Source of the DNA: a virus
Taxonomy: Duplodnaviria > Caudoviricetes
Direction: 5' to 3' (one strand)
IMG/VR virus record: IMGVR_UViG_3300028797_000108
Location: 64,001-128,000 of that record
DNA length: 64,000 bases
Under the pieces are notes generated by a model. That model ran no database searches. It worked only from the letters and a program-made list of their open reading frames with translations, and was not told the DNA's origin. Position numbers and translations under genes: made by a program. Positions within the stretch are counted from its first letter, which is position 1; each line of letters begins with the position of its first letter. Shown one piece after another: positions 43,546 to 53,445 of the stretch.

Positions 43546-44368
43546 CGAATGGCTTGCTACTATGGGCGCGATTGGCGTCTTTGGCGATAAAGATGCTAAG
43601 GAAACAATGGCGCATGCCCTGAAGATGGCAGGCATACTTGCACGAGGAAAGAGCGAAGCAAAGCCAGATCCTCGTAATGCTCCTAATCCTGAAGGATATA
43701 TTTGGACAAGAGCAAAGGTGGCTAAAGTAGACAACATGCTTATGGCTGCCAAGGACGATAATTTCAATTACAGAAAGATTGTTCATACCGACGAAGCGCC
43801 GACCGAGAATGATAAGCATTGGTTCATCTTCGTTGAATGGGATGTTCAGATTGGCGATACTGCTTACTGGGAAATCAAGATCCGAGCAAATAACAATACC
43901 GCCAACTTTTATGCGGCACCGGTAGAATTTGATTTATCGGCTGTTCAAGACGCATTGAACGGAATGATGTTTGAAGAATTCGGTTGGAATAAAGACGAAT
44001 TTGAACGCCGCTTCGTTGAGAAGTTGACAAAGCACCGTCGTGAATGGGCACTGTATGACACGATTGAAGATAAGGACATTGAACATACTCAGAAATACAT
44101 AAACGCAACAAAGGCTGCTAACCGTTATCTGAAAAAGGCAATGCCCTTCATTGAAAAGACTGTCACCGAACATCAAGACATGCTTAACAGGGCTAAGCAA
44201 CTGCAGAATGATGCGACCGCATTAAGGAACGCTGCGATTACGAAAGCAGGTAAGATCTTTGAAGTGGTCAATGATATGCAGGTGAATACCGAACCTCAAG
44301 AAAAAGATGAAGATGATGAAGATGATGAACAGTTGTTCACAGACGACTTATCTTGGGATTTCACATAA
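43532..44368 (+). CDS. Hypothetical protein, coiled coil plus acidic tail
   Basis: RBS AAGGA. Confidence 0.75.
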   Translation: MNELDEWLATMGAIGVFGDKDAKETMAHALKMAGILARGKSEAKPDPRNAPNPEGYIWTRAKVAKVDNMLMAAKDDNFNYRKIVHTDEAPTENDKHWFIFVEWDVQIGDTAYWEIKIRANNNTANFYAAPVEFDLSAVQDALNGMMFEEFGWNKDEFERRFVEKLTKHRREWALYDTIEDKDIEHTQKYINATKAANRYLKKAMPFIEKTVTEHQDMLNRAKQLQNDATALRNAAITKAGKIFEVVNDMQVNTEPQEKDEDDEDDEQLFTDDLSWDFT

Positions 44369-45099
44369 TGAGAGCTGACGCAATTTTACCTCTAGAAGGT
44401 ATACCGCCTTTTACAAGAGAGGCGGTTATTGAAATGATACTTAAAAGATACGCTCATTACTTTCCGGAGCTGGGTTATGACAGCACGAAAGTCGCTGCGT
44501 TGCTTGACAAGATGAATATGCGAGACATCATTGTCTTCAATTCATTCGTCACGGAAATTATGAGGGTCTTTACGGTTGACCAGATTGACTTTGCTGTTGA
44601 GAAGGTCTCAAGTATCACGAATGCGATAACACTTCGCTTCTCTTTGAAGGACACAGGATTGACTTTGGGTATCCTTCACCTTGATAAGGATGTAGGTCAT
44701 ATCCTTCGCGGTTCTTTTGCCATTCCTAAATACTTGTATCACGGTAAGCTGGGAATGACTCCTCGTCAGATTGAAGACTGGGAGAAGAATGTTGAACCGA
44801 TTACCGATTGCTATTGGATAAATTATAACCATGCGACATCTGGAAGAACAGATGCGATGGGTGTATGCCATGCAACCGAAGATTGTGTAAGCATGTGGAA
44901 GAAGATGCAGAAGTGGCGTGAAGTTGTCATTCCTAATGATGTTAAAACAGCAGAAAAACTTGAGAACATTTCAAAGAAGATTCAAGATCTTGAGGAACAG
45001 CGTAAACAAGTTATCAAGCTACACTTTGAAAAGATAAACAAGATTGCAGACGCACTTGAATTAAAGGATGTAGATAAAGATGTCGCAAGAAAATGGTGA
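44368..45099 (+). CDS. Hypothetical protein with C-terminal coiled coil
   Basis: TAATG coupling. Confidence 0.75.
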   Translation: MRADAILPLEGIPPFTREAVIEMILKRYAHYFPELGYDSTKVAALLDKMNMRDIIVFNSFVTEIMRVFTVDQIDFAVEKVSSITNAITLRFSLKDTGLTLGILHLDKDVGHILRGSFAIPKYLYHGKLGMTPRQIEDWEKNVEPITDCYWINYNHATSGRTDAMGVCHATEDCVSMWKKMQKWREVVIPNDVKTAEKLENISKKIQDLEEQRKQVIKLHFEKINKIADALELKDVDKDVARKW

Positions 45100-45712
45100 A
45101 GTAGATGAAAGAAAGTTAAGTCTGGCGGAGGCTGAACGAAGATACGCAGACTTCAGACGAGGCTTGCCTTATGACAGGCGTGTTGTCTGCGAAAGAATTC
45201 AGTACATCTTGAATTCTTGTTTTCCGCACGGCAAAGTTTTCTTCAGACATCTAGCTTTGGGTCCTGACAGATACCGAGGACAATGGTCGCTTGGTGAATT
45301 AGGACAATACATTGCTTTGTATGAATGGTGGAAAGATGGGCGGGCAGAAGACACGATTATTTTGTATGCGCCGAATATCCCAAAAGCAGACAGATTTGAA
45401 ACATTTAACCAAAATCATACCGTAAACCGTGTGCAGGGCGACATTGAATATCTAATGCTTTGTAGCCTCTCGCCGCTTGTGTGTGGAGAATCCATTTGGG
45501 ATGAAGACCAAGTCAATAAGCTAAGAGACCGTTGGGCATCTTGGCTGGCAGGCATGGATAAAATCACCAAGCTTGAAAAAGATTACCGAGACGACATCAA
45601 AGCAGACGTCGCATACATTGAAGGACTGATTGAAAAATTGCGAGACCGCAATAAGGCTCAGTACACAAAGTACATAAACATTTTGAATGCATCTAAAAGA
45701 GGATTAGACTAA
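45080..45712 (+). CDS. Hypothetical protein, paralogue of 45712
   Basis: Alignable over most of its length with the next ORF. Confidence 0.8.
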   Translation: MSQENGEVDERKLSLAEAERRYADFRRGLPYDRRVVCERIQYILNSCFPHGKVFFRHLALGPDRYRGQWSLGELGQYIALYEWWKDGRAEDTIILYAPNIPKADRFETFNQNHTVNRVQGDIEYLMLCSLSPLVCGESIWDEDQVNKLRDRWASWLAGMDKITKLEKDYRDDIKADVAYIEGLIEKLRDRNKAQYTKYINILNASKRGLD

Positions 45713-46344
45713 TGGCGGTTTATGATCTTCGTTCAATGATAGCACGGCAAGAGTCGGAAACCTACTGGAATACTTACCGTAGAGCAATTCCGGATAAGAA
45801 CCGTGTCATCGCTGAAAGAATTCATCACATTATGAACACAAGCCTTGATACTGAGGATGTCTATTTCAAATTTTCAACAACTGGCATTCCTTACAAAAGG
45901 TTTTATGCAGAATGGAAATATAAAAGCACAGGATGCACTGTTGCTTTTTATGATGTCAGCTCTGAAGAGAAAGACGGTCCAGATATTGTTTGCTTATATT
46001 CACCTTACTTTGATGAACGTTCATTCATTCCTTATAACAAGTCACATGGTAGTGACGCAGGGGAATACCGTGCCATAGAACATGTGTTGTTGACTAATGC
46101 AGAATCAACCATTGGCTTAGAACAACTTTGGGATGAAGAAAAGGTTGACGCTTTCCGCGATAAATGGATTGGTTGGTATAAGGCGATGAAGATCATCAAA
46201 GAACTTGACATCAAGTATCGTGATGATACAGCAGATGACATTGCTACGATTAGAAAACTTCAACACGATTTAGAAGAAAGAAACAAAATTCAGTTTAAGA
46301 AATATCAGAACATTTTTAATGCAACTCAAAAGGGATTATCATGA
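45712..46344 (+). CDS. Hypothetical protein, paralogue of 45080
   Basis: Both 210 aa; shared ERI..I.N, WDE..V..RD.W..W, YRDD...RNK.Q..KY.NI.NA..GL. Confidence 0.8.
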   Translation: MAVYDLRSMIARQESETYWNTYRRAIPDKNRVIAERIHHIMNTSLDTEDVYFKFSTTGIPYKRFYAEWKYKSTGCTVAFYDVSSEEKDGPDIVCLYSPYFDERSFIPYNKSHGSDAGEYRAIEHVLLTNAESTIGLEQLWDEEKVDAFRDKWIGWYKAMKIIKELDIKYRDDTADDIATIRKLQHDLEERNKIQFKKYQNIFNATQKGLS

Positions 46345-47192
46345 ACTACCGAGATGAAGACTTTGAAGAAGCATACCGTCGCTGGGGCGATGAATATATG
46401 ATTGACCCGTATGATGGTAGAATGATTCGTCGCCGCGACATGGCTGACTACTTGAGATGGCAGCGTGAAAAGTATGGCTACAGATATAATGAGCCTTATT
46501 ATGGCGGTCCTTGGAGTCGCCGTGAATTTGAAGATGAAGTCTTTGAACACATGCGCCGCCGAGAAGAACTTGAAGCATATAGGAAGAGCCTTTGGTTCAA
46601 GCGTGAGGCCGTTGAAGATGCAGTCAAAACTGTTCGTGAACTTATCGCCGAACAGACACAAGATTATCCTTATGTAAGAGAAGCGGTTATTTCAAACAAG
46701 CCGCCTAAAGAAGAGGGCGACAGACATCACATGCATGTTGTGTGGTCTTTCAAGATTGGCCCAATGGGCAAAGACTTGATTTCAGTAGACGGTGATGAAA
46801 ACGGTTTAAGAGTAGAAGTTTTTGACCCTGCTTTCATTAACGGCGATAACATAAAGAAGCTCGCTCATGACTTCCTATGGTATAGAAATAAAGATGAAGG
46901 CGATGGTTATGTGTCCATTTGTTTGAAGAACCTCTTTAAGCGTGATGATCATAGGACATTTCGTGGCGATGCATCTCGTGACGATTGTAAGACCGCAATA
47001 AAGGAATGCGTTCTAAAGATTAAAAGATTTAACAAGTTCCTTGAGAAGATGGAAAAGTCGCCGCTTGAAAAAGTTGTCGCTGAAAAGGACGCTCTTGAAG
47101 CAAAGATTGCTGAACTGCGTGACGAACAGAAGCAACTTGTTGAAGTAGCCGAAACAAAAATCCTTAAAATGACAAGTGCATTGGAGCTATGA
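46341..47192 (+). CDS. Hypothetical protein, R/E/Y-rich N-terminus, C-terminal coiled coil
   Basis: ATGA coupling. Confidence 0.75.
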   Translation: MNYRDEDFEEAYRRWGDEYMIDPYDGRMIRRRDMADYLRWQREKYGYRYNEPYYGGPWSRREFEDEVFEHMRRREELEAYRKSLWFKREAVEDAVKTVRELIAEQTQDYPYVREAVISNKPPKEEGDRHHMHVVWSFKIGPMGKDLISVDGDENGLRVEVFDPAFINGDNIKKLAHDFLWYRNKDEGDGYVSICLKNLFKRDDHRTFRGDASRDDCKTAIKECVLKIKRFNKFLEKMEKSPLEKVVAEKDALEAKIAELRDEQKQLVEVAETKILKMTSALEL

Positions 47193-47998
47193 TGGACATT
47201 ACAAAATTCTTTTTTGAGCCAAACACACCAGGCGTTGATAAAGACCTAATCGCTCGCACAAACGAACAGCGAGTTGCATTGTGCGGGTTGATTGGTACTT
47301 GTCTAGCAGCCTACATGGACCGTTCGGTCTTACCTTTCTCTTACCGTTGCTCGCCTACATACCAAAGCAATTGGTTTGAGATAACCTTTGACATGAACCT
47401 GAAGAACCGAACACAGTTCTTCAAGATTGCTCGTGTTCGTTATGAAGTTGAAAAGACTGAAAGCGGCGGGCTCAAAGAAGATGGCTTTGTGGAGTTCATC
47501 ATCCCAGATGAATTCAGTGATAAGCAGTCTTACATTGACAATGAAGGCGATGAAATGCGATACACATTAACCAAGGACGGTTTCCGTGGCGGTGAATGTG
47601 AAGAATTGTTGAAATATCGTGACCCGAAAATTTTGCTTCATAACTTTAACTGGAAGAAGGTAAGAATTCCGCTACGAGATTTCCTATCACAGGAATATCA
47701 AGATTTTGTCAATAAGACTTTGAAGAATTGGTCTTATGTAAGCAAGCTCATGAAGAATGTTATGACATGGGATCTTGAAAAGACAAGCACAGAGCTTGCT
47801 AAAATCCGTGATGAAATAAATGCTCTTCAGGAACGACGCCGTAATATGATACAGGCAGTAGGTAAAAAGTTCGGCATGGTAGGACGAACATTACCTATGC
47901 AAGGATTGCCGACAGTTCCTGAAGAAGATTATGATGATGGCGATGAAAATGCACCTAAGTGGCAATTCAAAATTGAAAACACTTATGTGATGGATTAA
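47189..47998 (+). CDS. Hypothetical protein with C-terminal coiled coil
   Basis: ATGA coupling. Confidence 0.75.
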   Translation: MMDITKFFFEPNTPGVDKDLIARTNEQRVALCGLIGTCLAAYMDRSVLPFSYRCSPTYQSNWFEITFDMNLKNRTQFFKIARVRYEVEKTESGGLKEDGFVEFIIPDEFSDKQSYIDNEGDEMRYTLTKDGFRGGECEELLKYRDPKILLHNFNWKKVRIPLRDFLSQEYQDFVNKTLKNWSYVSKLMKNVMTWDLEKTSTELAKIRDEINALQERRRNMIQAVGKKFGMVGRTLPMQGLPTVPEEDYDDGDENAPKWQFKIENTYVMD

Positions 47999-48060
47999 AA
48001 TTTCTAACTGACCAATTTACAAATGTCTTTTAATTTGTTATTTTTGAACTAGAGGAACTT

Positions 48061-48786
48061 ATGATTGAAATTACAAAGACAATAGATGGACATGATATGG
48101 GTCCAGGCGTTGATGAAGCAATTGAGCACATCAAGAACATTGAAGCAACTGTGAATGCTTGCTTGGACAGATATTTTCCAAATGAGAAATTTGATACCAC
48201 AGAATTTCAAGAAGCGGTTAGGACACACTTCCATGAACAAGGAATTGAAATTCAATGCAGGTTCAAGTTTGACAATTATGATCTTAGCCCGCTTAAGATG
48301 TTTTCCAATCGTTGGCGAGAAGGCGTCATACCTTTTGTGATTTCATACCGCCGAGACAGAGGAGTAACTCTTACCTATTATAATTTATTTGGACTGAATG
48401 ATGAAGACACATTGAGCAATGTGAATCGTCTCATTATATCTGACAAAAATTATTTGGCAACTAATGACAACCTCATATTTGACCTTCGCACACGAATGAT
48501 TAAGTTCAATGATAGCGATGTTAATTATGATTCTATCAGACACAGTTTTAAGGAAAGTGTCATTGACCCAATGATGGGTATTTTCTACCGTTTGAAGTGG
48601 GCATCAAAATTTAATGATGAACTAACGAAAGCTGAAAAGCAAGTAATGGAGGCCACACAAAAGTTTCATGAACTTGCTGATGCGGTTGAGACCGCGAAGA
48701 AAACACGCGATGAATATGTAACGACAAAGGCTAAGAAGATTGCTCAAAAGATCAAACTTTTAATGGAGAAATGTAAAGATGCCTGA
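48061..48786 (+). CDS. Hypothetical protein with C-terminal coiled coil
   Basis: Promoter TTTACA-17-TATTTT at 48016-48044; RBS GAGG. Confidence 0.75.
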   Translation: MIEITKTIDGHDMGPGVDEAIEHIKNIEATVNACLDRYFPNEKFDTTEFQEAVRTHFHEQGIEIQCRFKFDNYDLSPLKMFSNRWREGVIPFVISYRRDRGVTLTYYNLFGLNDEDTLSNVNRLIISDKNYLATNDNLIFDLRTRMIKFNDSDVNYDSIRHSFKESVIDPMMGIFYRLKWASKFNDELTKAEKQVMEATQKFHELADAVETAKKTRDEYVTTKAKKIAQKIKLLMEKCKDA

Positions 48787-49468
48787 GGAATTGCAGTTTA
48801 AGGCTAGCGGCTCACTTGTTCTTACGATGATTCAAGACAAGGACTTGCTTGCTGATTACATTACACGATTGCTCAATGATTGGGGAATTACAACAAAATG
48901 CAGTTATACTTCCGATGGGGCAAAAGGTGAAGATGCGTCTGGCACATTCGTTTGGAAGTTGACCGATAAAAAGCTGCAAGATCTTTTGAAAAAGTCTGCA
49001 AGGATTGATAGCGGGACCAGATCTTCAATGTCGCCGCTTTCTATGCTTTATTCACCTAGCGGACTTTTCGCAAAAGGATGTAAGTACTGCATTCAATTTT
49101 ATTACCCAGCTTTTGATCCGCGTGATATGAGAAGCATGACTGCGACGATAATGAACAGCGAGGACCCAGTTGCTGCTATGCAGCAATATGGGCCACAGTT
49201 CAAGGTCCAGCGAGTCACAACGATTGATGACTTAAAGTATGCTGCCGACAAGTGGTTTGCTGTGCTTCAGATGCAAAAGCACATTCTTGAAATCGTGACG
49301 ACAACGGATGTTCATAAGCGCTATCAAGGTTTAATGGCGAAAAAGAGAAAATTGGAATCTGATTTGCGGCAAGTTGAAGATGAAATGCTTTCATTGATGA
49401 ACTTGACAATTAAAAAGTGCGAAAAATACTGCGAAATTGAAAATGAAAAACTGAACGGCCTAAAATAG
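48779..49468 (+). CDS. Hypothetical protein with C-terminal coiled coil
   Basis: Overlap coupling. Confidence 0.75.
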   Translation: MPEELQFKASGSLVLTMIQDKDLLADYITRLLNDWGITTKCSYTSDGAKGEDASGTFVWKLTDKKLQDLLKKSARIDSGTRSSMSPLSMLYSPSGLFAKGCKYCIQFYYPAFDPRDMRSMTATIMNSEDPVAAMQQYGPQFKVQRVTTIDDLKYAADKWFAVLQMQKHILEIVTTTDVHKRYQGLMAKKRKLESDLRQVEDEMLSLMNLTIKKCEKYCEIENEKLNGLK

Positions 49469-49576
49469 GCGCTTATTTTTACGAAATTTAAGCGCTTTTA
49501 TTACAGTTTTTTGCAGAGTTCCTGCGAGATTGTGTTATTTTGGGCTAACCGTATAATTGACCGTGAGGTATGAAAA

Positions 49577-50350
49577 ATGGCGATTGTTCATGAAGTCCGT
49601 GAAGGAGATTCTTATCGGTGGACTGACCGCCCTGACCGCGATATAGACACATGGAAATTCCGAAAGAGGTATGAAATGAAAAGACCGATACTTACAGGAA
49701 ACGTTATGACCGGAGAAACCGGCATTGAAATCTTCTGGAAGATTGTTCACGAAGAATTGGGCACTAATGTTGTTGCTTTCGCCAACACATACATGATAGA
49801 TGTTGACTGTTCTTATAAAGCATCATTGAAGGCACATCAAATTCCGTGTCTTGCTAAGTTCTCAAGATGGGTCGGTTCTTCAGAAATCATTGATGTGCTG
49901 TTCAACCAACGAACTGGAGAACTTTACAGCGTTTGGATTGATGCACCATATCTTGATGAACAGCATGTAAGCAAAATTTACAAAGATATCGTTGGAGATG
50001 ACAGTTTCTTTGATGAACAGACTAAGCAGGATAAATGGGTTAACGGTTCAGGCACCATTCAGTGGCAACCGCTGGAATTAGAAACCAGCACGCACATGCT
50101 TGATGTATCTGCCTTAAGATCTGCGCTGCAAAGAATTAGACGCTTAGGCGACATTCTTAAAGATGCAAGACAAAATGAAAGCATCAAAGCACTGCATCAA
50201 GAACTCAAAGATATCATTGAAGAAAATACAAGACGCTTGGCTGAATTTGAAACGAAAAGACAGACTATGCTTGCGAAGGAAGTCAAGAAAGCAGTCATTA
50301 AAGATGAACGAGCAAAAGAATGTTTGACACCAGACGAACAACAAGATTAA
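49577..50350 (+). CDS. Hypothetical protein with C-terminal coiled coil
   Basis: RBS GAGG. Confidence 0.75.
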   Translation: MAIVHEVREGDSYRWTDRPDRDIDTWKFRKRYEMKRPILTGNVMTGETGIEIFWKIVHEELGTNVVAFANTYMIDVDCSYKASLKAHQIPCLAKFSRWVGSSEIIDVLFNQRTGELYSVWIDAPYLDEQHVSKIYKDIVGDDSFFDEQTKQDKWVNGSGTIQWQPLELETSTHMLDVSALRSALQRIRRLGDILKDARQNESIKALHQELKDIIEENTRRLAEFETKRQTMLAKEVKKAVIKDERAKECLTPDEQQD

Positions 50351-51003
50351 AATTTCCGCTACTGCAGAAGTATATCACCGAAACGCTTGGAGTAGATTTT
50401 TCCAAGCTTAACCCGGCGATACTTTCAGAAGAGGATGACGCTTGGGGTGAGTTGAGGTACTCCATAACCGTCAATGACATACCAGAATTTGGTAAGACAC
50501 TGTTTATCAAAGGAACAGCAGAGGTCATTACGATTGTGATGCGAAAATGCCCTGAGGATCCTGACGGCTATGTTCGTGTAGTTGACATTTGGTCGCCGTG
50601 CATTCCTGAAGACAAGTACTTACACGATTGGATTGATAAAGAAAATCTTCGTTGCTTGTATTATCAGCTTGCATACAACAAAGGTAAGATTGACGCTTAC
50701 GATGTTAATGACGAACAACACATCACTTGGCGAAACCAGACCTTCGGGGAAGAACATATGAATGATATTCATTGTGTTCTGCTGTCAGAGTTTTCTGATG
50801 TCACTTACGGCATAAGAACGATGATAAATGAGTTCATGAGAACCTATGCTTGGGTTGGCGCAGCAAGAGAAACGATTCATTTTGACAACATGGTCGAGAT
50901 GGAACATGTGGAAGACATTGAGGCTTTCATTGAAAAACAAATAGACAGACACTATAAGAAACTTGAATTACAAAATGAAAGGAAGATGGGACTAACTTTA
51001 TGA
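50320..51003 (+). CDS. Hypothetical protein
   Basis: Operon continuity; start uncertain. Confidence 0.7.
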   Translation: MFDTRRTTRLKFPLLQKYITETLGVDFSKLNPAILSEEDDAWGELRYSITVNDIPEFGKTLFIKGTAEVITIVMRKCPEDPDGYVRVVDIWSPCIPEDKYLHDWIDKENLRCLYYQLAYNKGKIDAYDVNDEQHITWRNQTFGEEHMNDIHCVLLSEFSDVTYGIRTMINEFMRTYAWVGAARETIHFDNMVEMEHVEDIEAFIEKQIDRHYKKLELQNERKMGLTL

Positions 51004-51617
51004 AAAGAGGAAACAACAAGGAATTCCTTTACATCTCGGAAGTCTTTGACACATTTAAGGAATGTGGCCTTGAACTTTCTAAGGAATCAAAGGAACGCAT
51101 TCTTAAGTCACTTCACAAGGAAGGTCATGCGCTTGTGACTTGGAATGATACTTTCAAGTCTAAGTGGGGTACTAACTCCCATGCCAGACTTTGGTTCATT
51201 GAATATGAGGACCACTGGGCTTCCCGTTATCATGACGGAACTTCGCTCGGTCAGACCATTCACATGACTGCTTACACGCAGCCCGACATGGATGATGCAA
51301 AGTTCATCAGGCAGCTAGTCACTCGTCCTCGTAAGATGGCGTTCGGCGCGAATGACTTTGACCTTACATATCCGTATAATCACACGATTAAGTGCAAGAA
51401 GCAACTGTCGGCGTCAATCTTTCAGGTATCAAAGGTCATCAATGAACGAAATGGTTTGATGCACTCGGAGTCCTTCAATGAAGGCGTTAGGCACTATAAG
51501 GAAAACGCGAAGAAGATCGGCGAGCTAAGAAAGGAAAACACTGCGTTCTTGACTTCGTATGTAGGCAAAATTTCAAAGAAGCTTGCCTTGAAGCGTGAAG
51601 CAGAAAATTTACATTAA
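51000..51617 (+). CDS. Hypothetical protein with C-terminal coiled coil
   Basis: ATGA coupling. Confidence 0.75.
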   Translation: MKRGNNKEFLYISEVFDTFKECGLELSKESKERILKSLHKEGHALVTWNDTFKSKWGTNSHARLWFIEYEDHWASRYHDGTSLGQTIHMTAYTQPDMDDAKFIRQLVTRPRKMAFGANDFDLTYPYNHTIKCKKQLSASIFQVSKVINERNGLMHSESFNEGVRHYKENAKKIGELRKENTAFLTSYVGKISKKLALKREAENLH

Positions 51618-51693
51618 CCTTTTCAATTTCTTCTAAACATTGTTATATTTTATAAGGTCATATATAACTATGTAAAACATTATAGGAGACGAT

Positions 51694-53004
51694 ATGAACA
51701 TCGCGATTGGAAAATTTGGAAGAAGTATGTTCTTTGATGAAAGTTCTTGGAGCATCTATGCGGGTGATGACTCGCCTAAGATTGTTTATCTTGAACTTGC
51801 AAGAAAGCATCCGAATGACACATTCTACATTTTGGGTGCATCTGACTTTACAAAGTGGAAGGAAAAGAACTCCGGATTCTTTGCAGAAGAACAAGTGCCT
51901 GAAAACATTGTTGATGTGTGGAATACCGCAAAGGCCGAACTTGGACCTAAATACAATTTCGGCAAGAAGGGCTACACAGAAGAAATGATGTATAAGATTG
52001 AAGGCAAGGAACCATGGCGCATGCTTGACGAATATGTTGACACGCATGGCTTGCATTTTGACCTTGGCATTTTCATGCAGGGTCCTGATGCTCGTGTTTC
52101 AGTCATGGGTGAACATATTCCTTGTAAGAACAAGAAGGGTTCTTTCTCACAGTGCTTGATGATGGCTGCTTTGTATAACGGCCCAATGCGTCACTTGATT
52201 AACAAGCACAAGTTCCCTTGGTATAACATTATTGAAGACCCACGCTATGTTCCTATTCAGGATGTGGATGTTATTCATCATGAAATTTTCAACCTTTCAC
52301 AGTGTAATGAAACATATCAGATTTCATCAATGGATTCTTACACACAAGATCCTGACACTTATGAAAAGAAACCGTTCATTTTGAAATACAGCCAGACCGA
52401 AAGATGGTTCTTGCGTAATTTGAAGAAGGTTGACTTTACCAATCCTGATGCGATTAAGGTCGGTAAGCATACATACCAGAAGAAGACTCCGTTCATCTTG
52501 ACATTGAACGGCGGTTATGACCGTTTGGAATTCTTGGAGAACTGGGTTTTGAACAAATTGCCGAACTGTAAGGTTTATGGTAAGTGGTCAGACGAAGCAC
52601 AGGAAAAACATCCGGGTACATTTATCAAGAAGGGTATCGTTGAAATTCAGGACAAGATGTGGGAAGCAATGTTCACATTTGTGCCTTCATTCATGAAGAG
52701 CCGAAAGAACTTCGTAACCCAGAAGGTCTGGAAGATGATGTATTATGGCATCATTCCGTTCTGGGATAAGAATTCATACGATGTGGATAACCTGTTCCAC
52801 GACCTGCCTGATTTCTTCAAGGTTGACTCACCTGAACAGATGTGGGAACGCATTAAGTACTTGATGCAGAACCCTGAAGAATACAAGAAGTATCTCGGTA
52901 TCATGTATAAGCTCTTGGAAGATAAATACTTCAATGGGGACTTTATTGACGAAGTCTTTAATCCGCTCATTGAAAAGCATCGTCCGGAAGCTGAAAAGAA
53001 ATGA
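51694..53004 (+). CDS. GT-B glycosyltransferase, T4 DNA beta-glucosyltransferase-like
   Basis: MNIAI, EDPRYVP, LSQ, VYGKW, NFVTQKVWKMM, FKVDSPEQMWERIKYL parallel recalled BGT motifs. Confidence 0.65.
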   Translation: MNIAIGKFGRSMFFDESSWSIYAGDDSPKIVYLELARKHPNDTFYILGASDFTKWKEKNSGFFAEEQVPENIVDVWNTAKAELGPKYNFGKKGYTEEMMYKIEGKEPWRMLDEYVDTHGLHFDLGIFMQGPDARVSVMGEHIPCKNKKGSFSQCLMMAALYNGPMRHLINKHKFPWYNIIEDPRYVPIQDVDVIHHEIFNLSQCNETYQISSMDSYTQDPDTYEKKPFILKYSQTERWFLRNLKKVDFTNPDAIKVGKHTYQKKTPFILTLNGGYDRLEFLENWVLNKLPNCKVYGKWSDEAQEKHPGTFIKKGIVEIQDKMWEAMFTFVPSFMKSRKNFVTQKVWKMMYYGIIPFWDKNSYDVDNLFHDLPDFFKVDSPEQMWERIKYLMQNPEEYKKYLGIMYKLLEDKYFNGDFIDEVFNPLIEKHRPEAEKK

Positions 53005-53387
53005 CCTATCACAACGCTTTGATATTTCTCAAAGACACCGCTGACGAACTAACCGCCAGCGGTTTTTCTGTATGTGAAGATGAAGAAAGGTCAACAGTCT
53101 TTCCGCAATACATTTTCAAAGTTGATGATACGGTTGTCGGCAAAATCGAGATATCCCATATTGACCCCTACAAGGATGATTGTAGCATTAAATGGGAATG
53201 TCAATGGTATTCAATGCCTGACCCCACAAAGGGAGAATACCGCGGTCTATATAAACATGACACAGGTTATTGGGACAGCGTGGGCAGGTTCTTAGGCGAA
53301 ATGTGCTATCTGGCTATGCCTGGAGAGAAACGAAAACGACGAGATTTGAAAGTAAAACAACTGAAAGAGGAAAGGGAAACGCTTTAG
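53001..53387 (+). CDS. Hypothetical protein
   Basis: ATGA coupling. Confidence 0.7.
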   Translation: MTYHNALIFLKDTADELTASGFSVCEDEERSTVFPQYIFKVDDTVVGKIEISHIDPYKDDCSIKWECQWYSMPDPTKGEYRGLYKHDTGYWDSVGRFLGEMCYLAMPGEKRKRRDLKVKQLKEERETL

Positions 53388-53403
53388 GGCGTTTCCCTTT
53401 TTT
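53371..53403 (+). terminator. Rho-independent terminator ending the early/middle region
   Basis: AAAGGGAAACGC-loop-GCGTTTCCCTTT-TTT. Confidence 0.8.
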
Positions 53404-53405
53404 GT

Positions 53406-53413
53406 TATAAATA
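53406..53413 (+). promoter_or_regulatory. T4-type late promoter TATAAATA
   Basis: Exact consensus heading the structural operon. Confidence 0.75.
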
Positions 53414-53445
53414 AATTGAGAAAGATTTTATAAAGAGGATTTCAG

